From contig CAVXGK010000002.1 of assembly GCA_963761305.1 (NCBI GenBank), forward strand, positions 1,728,001-1,792,000: 64,000 nucleotides of DNA, in the 5' to 3' direction. The notes under the pieces were generated by a model, which saw only the letters and a program-made list of their open reading frames with translations, made no database searches and was not told the DNA's origin. Of this stretch, positions 1-9,723 are shown one piece after another (position 1 is the first letter of the stretch; each line of letters opens with the position of its first letter). The position numbers and the translations under genes were made by a program. The stretch is from an uncultured Gemmatimonadaceae bacterium (lineage in GTDB: Bacteria; Gemmatimonadota; Gemmatimonadetes; Gemmatimonadales; Gemmatimonadaceae).

Positions 1-497
1 CGCCGAATCTCGACCGTCCACGCGAGGAATCGCCGCTGCCCGTTCAAGCCGTACACGTTGCAGGCGAGCATCGGGAAGTCGGCTTCGTGCATCGCGCGCT
101 CGAGCGCCGGCAGGCCGTAGTCGAATTCATGATTTCCAATCACCGCGGCGTCGTACTCCATCGCGTTCATGGCCGCGATCACCGGATGCTTGATCGTCGT
201 GTCGACGCGCGCCGCGACGTACGTCAACGGCGTTCCCTGGAGCATGTCGCCCGCGTCGACCAGAATCGGCAACGCGCCCGTCGCGCGCCGCAACGAATCG
301 ACGATCGTCGCGATGCGCGCCAGGCCGCGGAGCGTGTCCGGCCGCCCCGTCAGGTAGTTCCAGCCTTCGATGTACCCGTGGACGTCGGTGGTGGCGGCGA
401 GCACCAGATCGACCGTGCCGTTGGCCCCCAACGTGAGGCTCGTGAAACACGCCGTGGCTCCCAAGAGCCCGAGCGTTAGCAGTCCCCGTATGCGCAT
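1..497 (-). CDS. Secreted bifunctional 5'-nucleotidase / 2',3'-cyclic-nucleotide phosphodiesterase family metallophosphatase, N-terminal part (runs off the window edge)
   Basis: Translated by hand from ATG at 497 (not in the ORF track): signal-like MRIRGLLTLGLLG, then calcineurin-like motifs TTDVHG, DAGDMLQG and GNHEFDYG. Confidence 0.85.
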   Translation of the reverse strand, partial: MRIRGLLTLGLLGATACFTSLTLGANGTVDLVLAATTDVHGYIEGWNYLTGRPDTLRGLARIATIVDSLRRATGALPILVDAGDMLQGTPLTYVAARVDTTIKHPVIAAMNAMEYDAAVIGNHEFDYGLPALERAMHEADFPMLACNVYGLNGQRRFLAWTVEIR

Positions 498-614
498 TCG
501 TTGCAAGCTAGCGGTTGTGCTTGCGCCGATACCAGATTGTGACGTTGTGACGACTTCAATTCCCCTGCTGGCGCCGCCAATGTTCGCCGCGAATGAGCGC
601 GCCGCGCGGCCACA

Positions 615-1244
615 ATGAACCCCTTCATCGTCGGAATCGCCGGGGGTTCGGGGTCCGGAAAGTCGACCGTGGCGCGGCATGTCGCGCAGGCGCTGCGCGC
701 CGAGTCGGTCGCGTTCATCGATATGGACGCGTACTACGTGAACTGTGCCCACCTCACGCTCGACGAGCGGCGGAAGGTCAACTGGGATCACCCCGACGCC
801 TTCGATTGGCCGCTCTTCATCTCGCACCTGGAACGGCTCGCCGACGGCGAGTCGATCGACAAGCCCGTCTACGACTTCGTCACGCACTCGCGGCGCAAAG
901 ACACGGTGGTCGTGCCGCCGGCCAGCGTCGTCGTCGTGGATGGCATCCTCCTTTTTGCCGACTCGCGCATCCGCGAACTTTGTGACGTGAAGATCTTCGT
1001 CGACGCCGATGCCGACCTCCGACTCATCCGTCGCATTCGCCGCGACACCACCAAACGCGGCCGCCCGCTCGACGAGATCATCGACCAGTACCTCACTACC
1101 GTCCACCCGATGCACCTCGAATTCGTCGAGCCGACCAAGCGCTACGCCGACGTGATCCTTCCGCGCGGCGGCCACAACGAGATCGCCGTCGACATGATCG
1201 TCTCCAACATCCGGCGCAGGCTCGACGCAGCCGCCGCGCCATGA
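615..1244 (+). CDS. udk: Uridine kinase
   Basis: GIAGGSGSGKST P-loop, NWDHPDAFD, YDFVTHSR, FVEPTKRYADVILP. Confidence 0.95.
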   Translation: MNPFIVGIAGGSGSGKSTVARHVAQALRAESVAFIDMDAYYVNCAHLTLDERRKVNWDHPDAFDWPLFISHLERLADGESIDKPVYDFVTHSRRKDTVVVPPASVVVVDGILLFADSRIRELCDVKIFVDADADLRLIRRIRRDTTKRGRPLDEIIDQYLTTVHPMHLEFVEPTKRYADVILPRGGHNEIAVDMIVSNIRRRLDAAAAP

Positions 1245-1996
1245 CCGCCCCCCCGGCCCCCAACACTCCGGCCGCCCCGGCACCCCGCGCCGTCACCGGG
1301 GAACGAATTCTCGTCGTCGACGACGAGGCGGACATCGTCGCGCTCGTCGCCTACCACCTGGTCAAAGCCGGCTACAGAGTCTCGACCGCCGCGACCGGCC
1401 CCGAGGCACTCATGGCGGCGCGCCAGGAGCGGCCCGCGCTCATCGTGCTCGACCTCATGCTTCCCGGTGCGTCGGGCTACGAGGTGCTCGAGCAGCTCCG
1501 CGCGCACGAAGCGACGCGCGACGTCGCGGTCCTCATGCTCACCGCTCGGCGCGAGGAACAGGATCGCATCCGCGGTCTCGCGCTGGGCGCCGACGACTAC
1601 CTCACCAAACCGTTCAGTCCCCAGGAGCTCGTGCTCCGCGTCGGCGCGATCCTGCGCCGCATGAGCGCGGGCGGCGTCGGCCCCGCCGACGTCGTCACGA
1701 TCGGGCCGGTCACGATCGACCGCGCCGAACATCGCGTCGCCGTCGACGGCCGGGCGATCGAGCTCACGCCCACCGAATACAAGCTGCTCTTGACGCTCGC
1801 CGAGCGGCGCGGTCGTGTTCAGGGACGCGCGCACCTTCTCGAGACAGTCTGGGAAGCCGCGCCCGACATCCAGACCCGCACGGTCGACATGCACGTGCAA
1901 CGGCTGCGCACCAAGCTCGGTGAAGCGGGAGATCTGATCGAAACCGTTCGAGGATTCGGCTACCGGCTCAAGAGCAATCAGGCCCGCCGCGCGTGA
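1241..1996 (+). CDS. phoB: OmpR/PhoB-family response regulator (PhoB-like)
   Basis: REC domain (VVDDE, DLMLP, KPFS) plus winged helix (RTVDMHVQRLRTKL, ETVRGFGY). ATGA overlap with udk; next to ppx/ppk/pit genes. Confidence 0.8.
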   Translation: MTAPPAPNTPAAPAPRAVTGERILVVDDEADIVALVAYHLVKAGYRVSTAATGPEALMAARQERPALIVLDLMLPGASGYEVLEQLRAHEATRDVAVLMLTARREEQDRIRGLALGADDYLTKPFSPQELVLRVGAILRRMSAGGVGPADVVTIGPVTIDRAEHRVAVDGRAIELTPTEYKLLLTLAERRGRVQGRAHLLETVWEAAPDIQTRTVDMHVQRLRTKLGEAGDLIETVRGFGYRLKSNQARRA

Positions 1997-3711
1997 GTCT
2001 CACCAAGCGGCTGTTGTTGGGCTCGCTCGGGATAGTCGTATTCCTCGTCGCCGTCGTCGTGTTGATCGCCGGCAATCGTCTGGCGAACCGGCTCGCCGAC
2101 GAAACACAGAACGAGTTGGAGCGCGAGGCGCGGCTCGTCGGCAGCGAATGGCACGCCGGAATGAACGCCGACTCGCTCGCCGACTCCGCGGGCGCGGCGC
2201 TCGGGCGACGCGTGACGCTGATTCGCCCCGACGGCGTCGTCATCGGCGATTCCGAATTCAGCGGCGAAGACCTCCTCCAACTGGAAAACCACTTCACGCG
2301 CCCGGAAGTCGCCGCGGCGCGCGAACACGGCTCGGGCGTCTCGCGGCGGCGCAGCCCGTCGGCCGGTGACGACGAGTTCTACCTCGCGATCAAGCATCCG
2401 CTCGGCACCGTGCGCGTCTCGGTTGGTACGGCGAAGTTCCGCGAGATCGTGACCGGCGCGCGCGACGACGTGATCGCCGCCGGCCTGCTCGCTCTCGCCG
2501 GCACGTTGGTCGTCGCGTTCGGATTCTCGCGCGCCGTCTCGAAGCCGATCGTCGAATTGCGCGACGTCGCGACAGCCATCGCCGCCGGCGACCTCGGACG
2601 ACGGCCGGCGCTGTCGGCGCCCGGCGAGGTCGGCGACCTCGCCGCCGCGCTCCAGCGCATGACCGAACAACTCTCGTCGCGACTGTCGGCGCTGCAGGCG
2701 GAGGACGCGCTCCTCGCCGCCGTCATCGACTCGCTCGACGAGGGAATCGTCGCCGTGAGCGCGCGCGGCAGCGTGGTGCGCCTGAACGAGAGCGCGCGCC
2801 GGCTGCTCGACCTCAAGGCCGCCGTGCCCTTCTCGACCGACCTGCTTCCGCAGGACCGGCTGGTGCGCGACGCCGTGCGCGGCGCGATGGCCGGCGTCGC
2901 CGCCGGTCCGCTCGAGATCGGCGTCGGCGAGCGAACGCTCGTCGTCTCGGCGCGTCCGCTGCCCGACGGCGGCGCGGTCGTCGCCGTGCAAGACCTCACG
3001 ACGCGCCGGCGGCTCGAGACCATCCGCCGCGACTTCGTCGCCAACGTCTCGCACGAGCTCAAGACGCCGCTCACCGTCATCGCCGGATTCGCCGAGACGT
3101 TGCGCGACCGTGAACTGCCGACGGACAATCGCGAACGTTTTCTCGACACGATCGAAGCCAACACGCGCCGCATGCAGCGTATCGTCGACGACCTGCTCGA
3201 CCTGTCGCGGTACGAGTCGGGAAGCTGGCGGCCGAACGTCGTGTCCAACGATCTCGCGGGCGTGGTGACCGACGTGTTCATCGGCGTCTCGCGCGCCGCC
3301 GACGCGAAGGGACTCACGCTCAACTTTCAAGCGTCGCCCGACGCCGACCGCGTCGATGCGGACCCGACGGCGCTGCGCCAGGTGCTGGCGAATCTCGTCG
3401 AGAACGCGGTGCGCCACACGGCGCGCGGTGGCGTCACCGTGAACGCCGAGGCGCCGCCCCGCGGCGGCACCACGCTGCGCGTTCGCGACACCGGCAGCGG
3501 CATCCCGACCGAACACCTCGGGAGAATCTTCGAGCGCTTTTATCGGGTCGATGCCGGTCGTGCACGTGAAGAAGGCGGCACCGGACTCGGCCTCGCCATC
3601 GTGCGACACCTCGTCGAAGCGCACGGCGGATCCGTGCGCGCCGAAAGCATCGTGGGCCAGGGGACGACGATCACAGTGCACTTCCCGGCGAAACCCGTTA
3701 CGCACACGTGA
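1993..3711 (+). CDS. phoR: Sensor histidine kinase (PhoR-like; TM, HAMP, PAS-like, HisKA, HATPase)
   Basis: DFVANVSHELKTPLT H-box, NLVENA, DTGSGI, FERFYRVD, GGTGLGLAIV. Confidence 0.8.
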   Translation: MSLTKRLLLGSLGIVVFLVAVVVLIAGNRLANRLADETQNELEREARLVGSEWHAGMNADSLADSAGAALGRRVTLIRPDGVVIGDSEFSGEDLLQLENHFTRPEVAAAREHGSGVSRRRSPSAGDDEFYLAIKHPLGTVRVSVGTAKFREIVTGARDDVIAAGLLALAGTLVVAFGFSRAVSKPIVELRDVATAIAAGDLGRRPALSAPGEVGDLAAALQRMTEQLSSRLSALQAEDALLAAVIDSLDEGIVAVSARGSVVRLNESARRLLDLKAAVPFSTDLLPQDRLVRDAVRGAMAGVAAGPLEIGVGERTLVVSARPLPDGGAVVAVQDLTTRRRLETIRRDFVANVSHELKTPLTVIAGFAETLRDRELPTDNRERFLDTIEANTRRMQRIVDDLLDLSRYESGSWRPNVVSNDLAGVVTDVFIGVSRAADAKGLTLNFQASPDADRVDADPTALRQVLANLVENAVRHTARGGVTVNAEAPPRGGTTLRVRDTGSGIPTEHLGRIFERFYRVDAGRAREEGGTGLGLAIVRHLVEAHGGSVRAESIVGQGTTITVHFPAKPVTHT

Positions 3712-3712
3712 C
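3697..3712 (+). promoter_or_regulatory. Putative Pho-box-like site upstream of ppx
   Basis: GTTAC-N6-GTGAC, 11-bp period (reverse complement GTCAC-N6-GTAAC); overlaps the phoR stop codon. Confidence 0.35.
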
Positions 3713-3838
3713 GACGTCGAGCCGCGCGCCGAACGCGCGCGCGGCACTCGACGTGCGGCAGTCGACATATATTCGTGTAGCTAGCGCCCGCGACGACGCG
3801 CGGTCGACGAGAGCTCATCAAGCGCGGGAGGTAGTCGT

Positions 3839-5485
3839 TTGTCTGTGACTATCCCGATCGGACGTGGCGAACGTTCGCCGCGGCGCGCGGTGGCGCCGGG
3901 ACACCGGCGCGTCGCCGCCATCGACATCGGATCGAATTCGATCCGGCAAATCGTCGCCGACGTCTCGAGCGACGGCACGATTCAGGTGGTCGACGAGATG
4001 AAGGCCGCGCCGCGACTCGCGACCGGACTCGCCGCCACCGGGCGACTCTCCGACATCGCGATTCGCGCGGCGATCGAAGCGGTCGAACGCATGGCGACGT
4101 TGGCGAAGGAGCTTGGCGCGGCGCGCATCGACGTCGTCGCGACGAGCGCCGTCCGCGACGCGACCAACGCCGCCACGTTCATCACCGAAGTGCAGCGCGT
4201 CACCGGACTGCGCGTGCGCGTGCTCGACGGTGCCGAAGAGGCCCGGCTCAGTTTCCGCAGCGCCGTCGCGCACTTCGACATGGGCGTCGGCCGCACGGTC
4301 GTGCTCGACATCGGCGGCGGATCCGCCGAGCTCGCGCTGAGCGCCGAGGGGATCATCGAGCGGCTGGTGTCGCTGCCGTTCGGCGCCATTCGGCTGACCG
4401 AGGAGTACTTCGAGAACGGCATCACGCCGCGCGGCGTGCGAAAGCTGCGTCGCGCGGTGAACGAGGACATTCGCGCGCACGTGCCGCGTCGCGACTGGCG
4501 CGGTGCCCAGCTCATCGGCTCGGGCGGATCGTTCACCAACCTTGCGGGAATCTTTCTCGCGCGGCAAGGCATCCTCACCGCGGCGCGATCGGTGCACGCG
4601 GCGCACATTCCGCGGTCCGATCTCGAGCACATCCTCGACATGCTCGCCGACATGACGTCGGAGGAGCGGCGCGAGGTGCCGGGCCTCAACCCCGAACGCG
4701 CCGACATCATCGTGGCCGGCATCGCCGTCGCCGCCGAGGTGCTGCGACGGCTCGAGACGCGCGAGCTGATCGTGTCGCGCTACGGGATCCGCGAGGGGCT
4801 GCTGCTCGAGGCGGCGCGCGTGCCGCCTACCATCGCCGATCCGGGCGAGGCGCGCTCGCGATCGATCGGCGAATTCGCGCAACGATGCCACGCCGAAGAA
4901 CCGCATTCGTCGCACGTGCAGGTGCTCGCGCTGGCGCTGTTCGACGCGCTCGGCGAACGACTCGGCTGCACGCGCGAGGATCGGCTCGCGCTCGCCGACG
5001 CCGCGCTACTGCACGACGCCGGCTATCACATCAGCTACGAGCGCCACCACAAGCACTCGTACCATCTCGTGCTCCACGCCGACCTGCTGGGCCTCGCGCC
5101 GTCGGAGCAGGTGGTCGTCGCGAACGTCTCGCGCTATCACCGCGGATCCGAACCGCGTCGCCGGCACCGCAACTTCGGCATGCTCGACAAGACGTTGCGT
5201 CGCCGCATCCGGCGCCTCTCGGCGATTCTCCGCATCGCCGACGGGCTCGATCGCGGACACGTGAGCGCGGTGGCGGGTGTGAAGGTGCGTTGGACGCAGC
5301 GCGCGATCCGCATCACGCCGGTTCCGGCATCGCCGCGGCCGCGCGGAGCGATGCGACTCGAGATGTGGGGCGCGCACCGGAAATCCGGGCTCCTCGCCAC
5401 GATCGCCGGAACTGCGGTCGAGATCGTGGCGCCGGACGGGCACGTGCTGTCGTCGGACAGCCTCGGAGGAGAAGAGCTCGAGTAG
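3839..5485 (+). CDS. ppx: Ppx/GppA exopolyphosphatase with HD domain
   Basis: AAIDIGSNS, ATSAVRDA, LDIGGGSAE, GIREG, ALLHDAG. Start codon uncertain. Confidence 0.92.
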   Translation: MSVTIPIGRGERSPRRAVAPGHRRVAAIDIGSNSIRQIVADVSSDGTIQVVDEMKAAPRLATGLAATGRLSDIAIRAAIEAVERMATLAKELGAARIDVVATSAVRDATNAATFITEVQRVTGLRVRVLDGAEEARLSFRSAVAHFDMGVGRTVVLDIGGGSAELALSAEGIIERLVSLPFGAIRLTEEYFENGITPRGVRKLRRAVNEDIRAHVPRRDWRGAQLIGSGGSFTNLAGIFLARQGILTAARSVHAAHIPRSDLEHILDMLADMTSEERREVPGLNPERADIIVAGIAVAAEVLRRLETRELIVSRYGIREGLLLEAARVPPTIADPGEARSRSIGEFAQRCHAEEPHSSHVQVLALALFDALGERLGCTREDRLALADAALLHDAGYHISYERHHKHSYHLVLHADLLGLAPSEQVVVANVSRYHRGSEPRRRHRNFGMLDKTLRRRIRRLSAILRIADGLDRGHVSAVAGVKVRWTQRAIRITPVPASPRPRGAMRLEMWGAHRKSGLLATIAGTAVEIVAPDGHVLSSDSLGGEELE

Positions 5486-5490
5486 AGCGG

Positions 5491-7638
5491 TCAGTCGCCG
5501 AGTACGGGCGTCCTGTCCGGCGTCTGTCGCTCGCCGGCCGGAAGCTCGCGAGCGGGCGACGTTTCGCGCGCCACACCCCACGGCTGTCTGATCAGCACCT
5601 CGTGCGACGGTCGCGATGCGCTCTGTGGGTTGCGCTGGGTCCACGTGCCGTCGGGCCCGAGATCCCACGCCATGCGATCGTCGTTGAGATACGTGCGGAG
5701 GAGCGTGCGCACCCGCTCGTGCAGCGCGGGGGTTTCGATCGGCGCCACGGCTTCGACGCGACGGTCGAAGTTGCGTGGCATCCAGTCGGCCGAGCCGAGG
5801 TAGAACTCGTCCTCACCGCCGTTGGCGAACTGCCACAGGCGCGAGTGCTCGAGGAAGCGCCCGACGATGCTGACGACGCGAATGTTGTCGCTCACGCCGG
5901 GAAGTCCGGGCCGGAGGCAACAGATCCCGCGCACGATCAGGTCGATCTCGACGCCCGCCTGCGACGCGCGGTACAACGCCTCGATCGTCTCTGCGTCCAC
6001 CAGCGCGTTCATCTTGCCGACGATGCGCGCCGGCCGTCCGGCGGCCGCGTGCTCCGCCTCGCGAGCGATCAGCTCCAGGAAGCGCGCGCGCATGTTCACC
6101 GGCGCGACGAGCAGCTTTCTGTACAACCGCTGCCGCGAATAGCCGGTGAGCGAATTGAACAGATCGCTCACATCGGCGCCGATCGATGGGCTGCACGTGA
6201 GCAGTCCGACGTCGGTGTAGAGTCTCGCCGTGCGCGAGTTGTAGTTGCCGGTGCCGAGGTGGATGTAGCGGCGAATGCCGTCCACTTCGCGGCGCACGAC
6301 GAGCGCCGTCTTGGCGTGCGTCTTGAGCGTGGCCGAGCCGAACGCCACGTGCACGCCGGCGTCTTCCAGCTGGCGCGCCCACGTGATGTTGTTCGCTTCG
6401 TCGAACCGCGCCTTGAGCTCCACAATGACCGCGACCTGCTTGCCGCGTTGCGCCGCTTCGACCAGCGCCGCGACGACGGCCGTGTCGCCCGACGTCCGGT
6501 AGAGCGTGACCTTGATCGCGAGCACCTGATCGTCGCGCGCCGCCTCCTTGAGCAGGCGCTCGACGGACGCGCCGAACGAATCGAACGGGTGATGGACCAG
6601 GAGGTCTCCCTCCCGGATCACGTCGAAGATGCTCCGCTCGGCATCGCGTAGCTCGGCCGGCGTCGCCGCGACGAACGGCGCGTCGCGCAGCGCCGGGAGG
6701 TCGAGCGTGGCCAGCCCGGTCAAGTCGCTCAAGTCGAGCAGCCGTCCCGCGTCGACGATGTCGCGCTCGCTGAGACGCCCGCTCTCGGTCACATCGTCCT
6801 CGCGCAATTCCTCGAGGAGGAGCGCGCGCAAATGCGCCGGCATGTCGTCCTGCACTTCGACGCGCACCACCTCACCGAATCGCCGCTGGAAGACCTGCTC
6901 CTCGATCGTCGCGAGCAGATCCTCGGGCTCCTCGACGGGGATGTCGAGGTCGGAGTAGCGCGTGATGCGGAACACGTACGACGCGACGACTTCCATGCCC
7001 GAGAAGAGCGCGCCAAGGTTCGCGCCGATGACCTGCTCGAGCGGCACAAAGTGGTTGGGGCGCGCGCGAACCGGGATCCACCGCGGCAGACTCTTCGGCA
7101 CTTTCACGCGCGCGAAGCGAATGGCGGCGTTGTCCGGGTCGCGAATCTCGACGGCGAGCGAAAGCGACAGGTTCGAGATGTACGGGAACGGATGCCCCGG
7201 ATCGACGGCCAGCGGCGTCAGCACCGGGAAGATCTGCGACTCGAAGAACTCGTCGATCTCGCCCCACTCGGCCGCGGTGAGGTCGCGCACGCCTAGCAGA
7301 CGAATGTCGTGCCGAGCGGCCTCGTCGAGCAGTGTCGTGAGGCAGCCACGCTGCATCGCGTTGAGGCGGGCGACTTCGGCGTCGATCGCGTCGAGCGTTT
7401 CTTGCGGAGTCAGCCCGTCGGCGGCCGTGAGGACGACGCCGGCAGCAACTTGGCGGCGAAGACCGGCGACGCGAACCATGTAAAATTCATCCAGGTTCGC
7501 GCTGAAGATCGAGAGAAACTTGATGCGCTCGAGCAGCGGCACGCGCGCATCCAGTGCCTGCTGCAGCACCCGCGCGTTGAACGCCAACCAACTCAGTTCG
7601 CGATTGAGATACAGCGAGGCCGGACGACCGTCAGTCAT
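5491..7638 (-). CDS. ppk1: Polyphosphate kinase 1
   Basis: NRELSWLAFN, HPFPYISN, HHPFDSF, ELKARFDE, GSADWMPRN. Confidence 0.97.
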   Translation of the reverse strand: MTDGRPASLYLNRELSWLAFNARVLQQALDARVPLLERIKFLSIFSANLDEFYMVRVAGLRRQVAAGVVLTAADGLTPQETLDAIDAEVARLNAMQRGCLTTLLDEAARHDIRLLGVRDLTAAEWGEIDEFFESQIFPVLTPLAVDPGHPFPYISNLSLSLAVEIRDPDNAAIRFARVKVPKSLPRWIPVRARPNHFVPLEQVIGANLGALFSGMEVVASYVFRITRYSDLDIPVEEPEDLLATIEEQVFQRRFGEVVRVEVQDDMPAHLRALLLEELREDDVTESGRLSERDIVDAGRLLDLSDLTGLATLDLPALRDAPFVAATPAELRDAERSIFDVIREGDLLVHHPFDSFGASVERLLKEAARDDQVLAIKVTLYRTSGDTAVVAALVEAAQRGKQVAVIVELKARFDEANNITWARQLEDAGVHVAFGSATLKTHAKTALVVRREVDGIRRYIHLGTGNYNSRTARLYTDVGLLTCSPSIGADVSDLFNSLTGYSRQRLYRKLLVAPVNMRARFLELIAREAEHAAAGRPARIVGKMNALVDAETIEALYRASQAGVEIDLIVRGICCLRPGLPGVSDNIRVVSIVGRFLEHSRLWQFANGGEDEFYLGSADWMPRNFDRRVEAVAPIETPALHERVRTLLRTYLNDDRMAWDLGPDGTWTQRNPQSASRPSHEVLIRQPWGVARETSPARELPAGERQTPDRTPVLGD

Positions 7639-7737
7639 GGGTTCTACTGGGACAAAAAGGGGCGCGCGTGACTGTCGCCCCCTTCTAGAGTACGCTGCTC
7701 CGACCGCGGGCGGCCAGAGACGTTCGTGATAAACCTC

Positions 7738-7753
7738 GTCACGTTGGAGTCAC
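7738..7753 (-). promoter_or_regulatory. Putative Pho-box-like site upstream of ppk1
   Basis: GTCAC-N6-GTCAC on the + strand, 11-bp period, about 100 bp upstream of ppk1. Confidence 0.45.
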
Positions 7754-7892
7754 GATCTCTAGTGCTGATGGAAGAATGATGCCACCATTGGCCCCCAAGC
7801 AGTGGCGCGCGTCACGGCGGAGATCGCCGAGCCGCCAACTTCCATAACACACTTTGGGGACTTGACTTACAGGCTTGGAGGCCGACCCGACC

Positions 7893-8930
7893 CTACAAAG
7901 TCGCGACTCGCGCCAGCAGCATGTAGAGCACCGCGGCCATCCCTGCCGAGGCCGGTATGGTGAGCACCCACGCCCAAACGATGCGCCCGGCAATGCCCCA
8001 CCGAACGGCTGAGGCGCGCTGCGTCGCGCCGACTCCGACGATGGCGCCGGTGATCGTGTGCGTGGTGCTCACGGGAATGCCGAAGTGGGTCGCGATCAAA
8101 ATCGCCACCGCTCCGCCCGTCTCGGCGCAGAATCCGCTCACCGGGCGCAGCTTGGTGATTCGCTGCCCCATCGTGTGCACGATGCGCCAACCCCCGAACA
8201 GCGTGCCGAGCGAGATGGCGGTGTAGGCGCCGAGCTCGAGCCAGCGCGGGATCGTGTCGTTGTTCGGGAGGTAGAGCGCGTGCAGCCAACCCGTCTGCAC
8301 GGCGAAATAGCCGTGGACGGAGACGAGCAGTCCGACGACCACGCCCATCGTCTTCTGTGCGTCGTTGCCGCCGTGGGAATACGACAGAAGCGCCGAGCTG
8401 GCGAGCTGCGCCGACCGGAAGAAGCGGTCGACGCGCGACGCCGAGGCTTTGTGGAAGATCCAGAATATCAGGACCATGAAGATGTAGCCGGCGAGCATGC
8501 CGACCAGCGGCGAGACGACGATGAACGACAGCGTCTGCACCCACTTCGTGCCCCACGTGATCGCCGCCGCGCCGCCCCGCGCCACCGCCGCGCCGGCGTA
8601 GCCGCCGATCAGCGCGTGCGACGAGCTCGACGGAATGCCGACCAACCACGTGATGATGTTCCAAGCGATCGCGCCGAGCAGTCCCGCGAGAATGACGTTC
8701 GGGTTCACGATGCTCTGCTCGATCATCCCGCCGCCCACTGCCTTGGCGACGGCGAGCGATCCGGTGAACGCCGCGGCGAAGTTGAAAATCGCCGCCCACA
8801 CGACGGCGGCGAGCGGGCTCAACACGCGCGTTCCGACGATCGTGGCGATGGAATTCGCCGAATCGTGAAACCCGTTGCTGAAATCGAAGATGAACGCGAT
8901 CAGGATGATCGCGACGACGTACGCGATCAC
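7893..8930 (-). CDS. Inorganic phosphate transporter, PiT family
   Basis: NGFHDSANSIAT, PSSSSHALIG, HGGNDAQK, PVSTTH. Confidence 0.95.
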   Translation of the reverse strand: MIAYVVAIILIAFIFDFSNGFHDSANSIATIVGTRVLSPLAAVVWAAIFNFAAAFTGSLAVAKAVGGGMIEQSIVNPNVILAGLLGAIAWNIITWLVGIPSSSSHALIGGYAGAAVARGGAAAITWGTKWVQTLSFIVVSPLVGMLAGYIFMVLIFWIFHKASASRVDRFFRSAQLASSALLSYSHGGNDAQKTMGVVVGLLVSVHGYFAVQTGWLHALYLPNNDTIPRWLELGAYTAISLGTLFGGWRIVHTMGQRITKLRPVSGFCAETGGAVAILIATHFGIPVSTTHTITGAIVGVGATQRASAVRWGIAGRIVWAWVLTIPASAGMAAVLYMLLARVATL

Positions 8931-8949
8931 TGGATCTCGACGAGGCGCG

Positions 8950-9567
8950 TCATCCGTTCTTCAACGAGATGCTTTGGAGCACCTGCGCCACGCCCATGCA
9001 GCTGTCGATGGCGCCTTCGAGCGTGTCGTACACGTCCTTCCACTTGAGGACGTCGAGCGGGTTCGGGCTGCCGGCGAACAGGGCGCCCATCGCCTCGTGA
9101 TAGACGGCGTCGCCCTCTTCCTCGAGATGTTTGATCAACGCGACGCGCTGATTCACCGAAGGCGGCTTTCGCATTTCGGCTACCGCACCCTGGATCTCGA
9201 CCGCCGCGCGGCAGAGTACACCGGTGAGCTGACGGGCCGGTGGAAGCACCTCGGTGATGTGGAGCATCTCGAAGCGACGCGCCGTGCCGTCGATGAGGTC
9301 GATCACGTCGTCGAGCCGCGTCGCGAGCATGTGAATGTCCTCGCGGTCGATCGGCGTGATGAAGCTCTTGTCGATGCGCTGATTCACCGTCAGCGTCAAC
9401 AGATCGGCCTTATGCTCGACGTCCTTGATCGCCTTGACGTGATCGTGCACGTGCGGCGCGTCGCCGAACAAGGTGTCGAGCATGCGTGCCGTGGTGGCGA
9501 GGTGCCCCGCCAACTGGTCGAACAGCTCGAAGAACTCGTCGTCGCGCGGAAGCAGCCGGCCGAGCAT
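8950..9567 (-). CDS. DUF47 PiT-associated phosphate transport regulator (PhoU-like fold)
   Basis: IKDVEHKAD, FITPIDREDI, LEEEGD; directly upstream of the PiT gene. Confidence 0.9.
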   Translation of the reverse strand: MLGRLLPRDDEFFELFDQLAGHLATTARMLDTLFGDAPHVHDHVKAIKDVEHKADLLTLTVNQRIDKSFITPIDREDIHMLATRLDDVIDLIDGTARRFEMLHITEVLPPARQLTGVLCRAAVEIQGAVAEMRKPPSVNQRVALIKHLEEEGDAVYHEAMGALFAGSPNPLDVLKWKDVYDTLEGAIDSCMGVAQVLQSISLKNG

Positions 9568-9626
9568 TGGGTAGGCGGGTGGGCGGTGGACGGGATCGAC
9601 GGCAAGCCGCGCCGTGAACGAGCGAG

Positions 9627-9643
9627 TGTCACGGACATGTCAC
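9627..9643 (-). promoter_or_regulatory. Putative Pho-box-like site upstream of DUF47-PiT
   Basis: TGTCAC-N5-TGTCAC on the + strand (9627 and 9638), 11-bp period, 60 bp upstream of the DUF47 start. Confidence 0.55.
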
Positions 9644-9723
9644 AACGCCGTGATCGCCTCGAACTTACCGCCCCCGGAACACCCCGGAAACCCAAAGCGA
9701 GCTGGTTTGCCTCGACGGGGTCT

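Noticed and set aside
537..552. TTGTGACG tandem repeat as a Pho box
   Set aside because: The period is 8 bp, not 11 bp.
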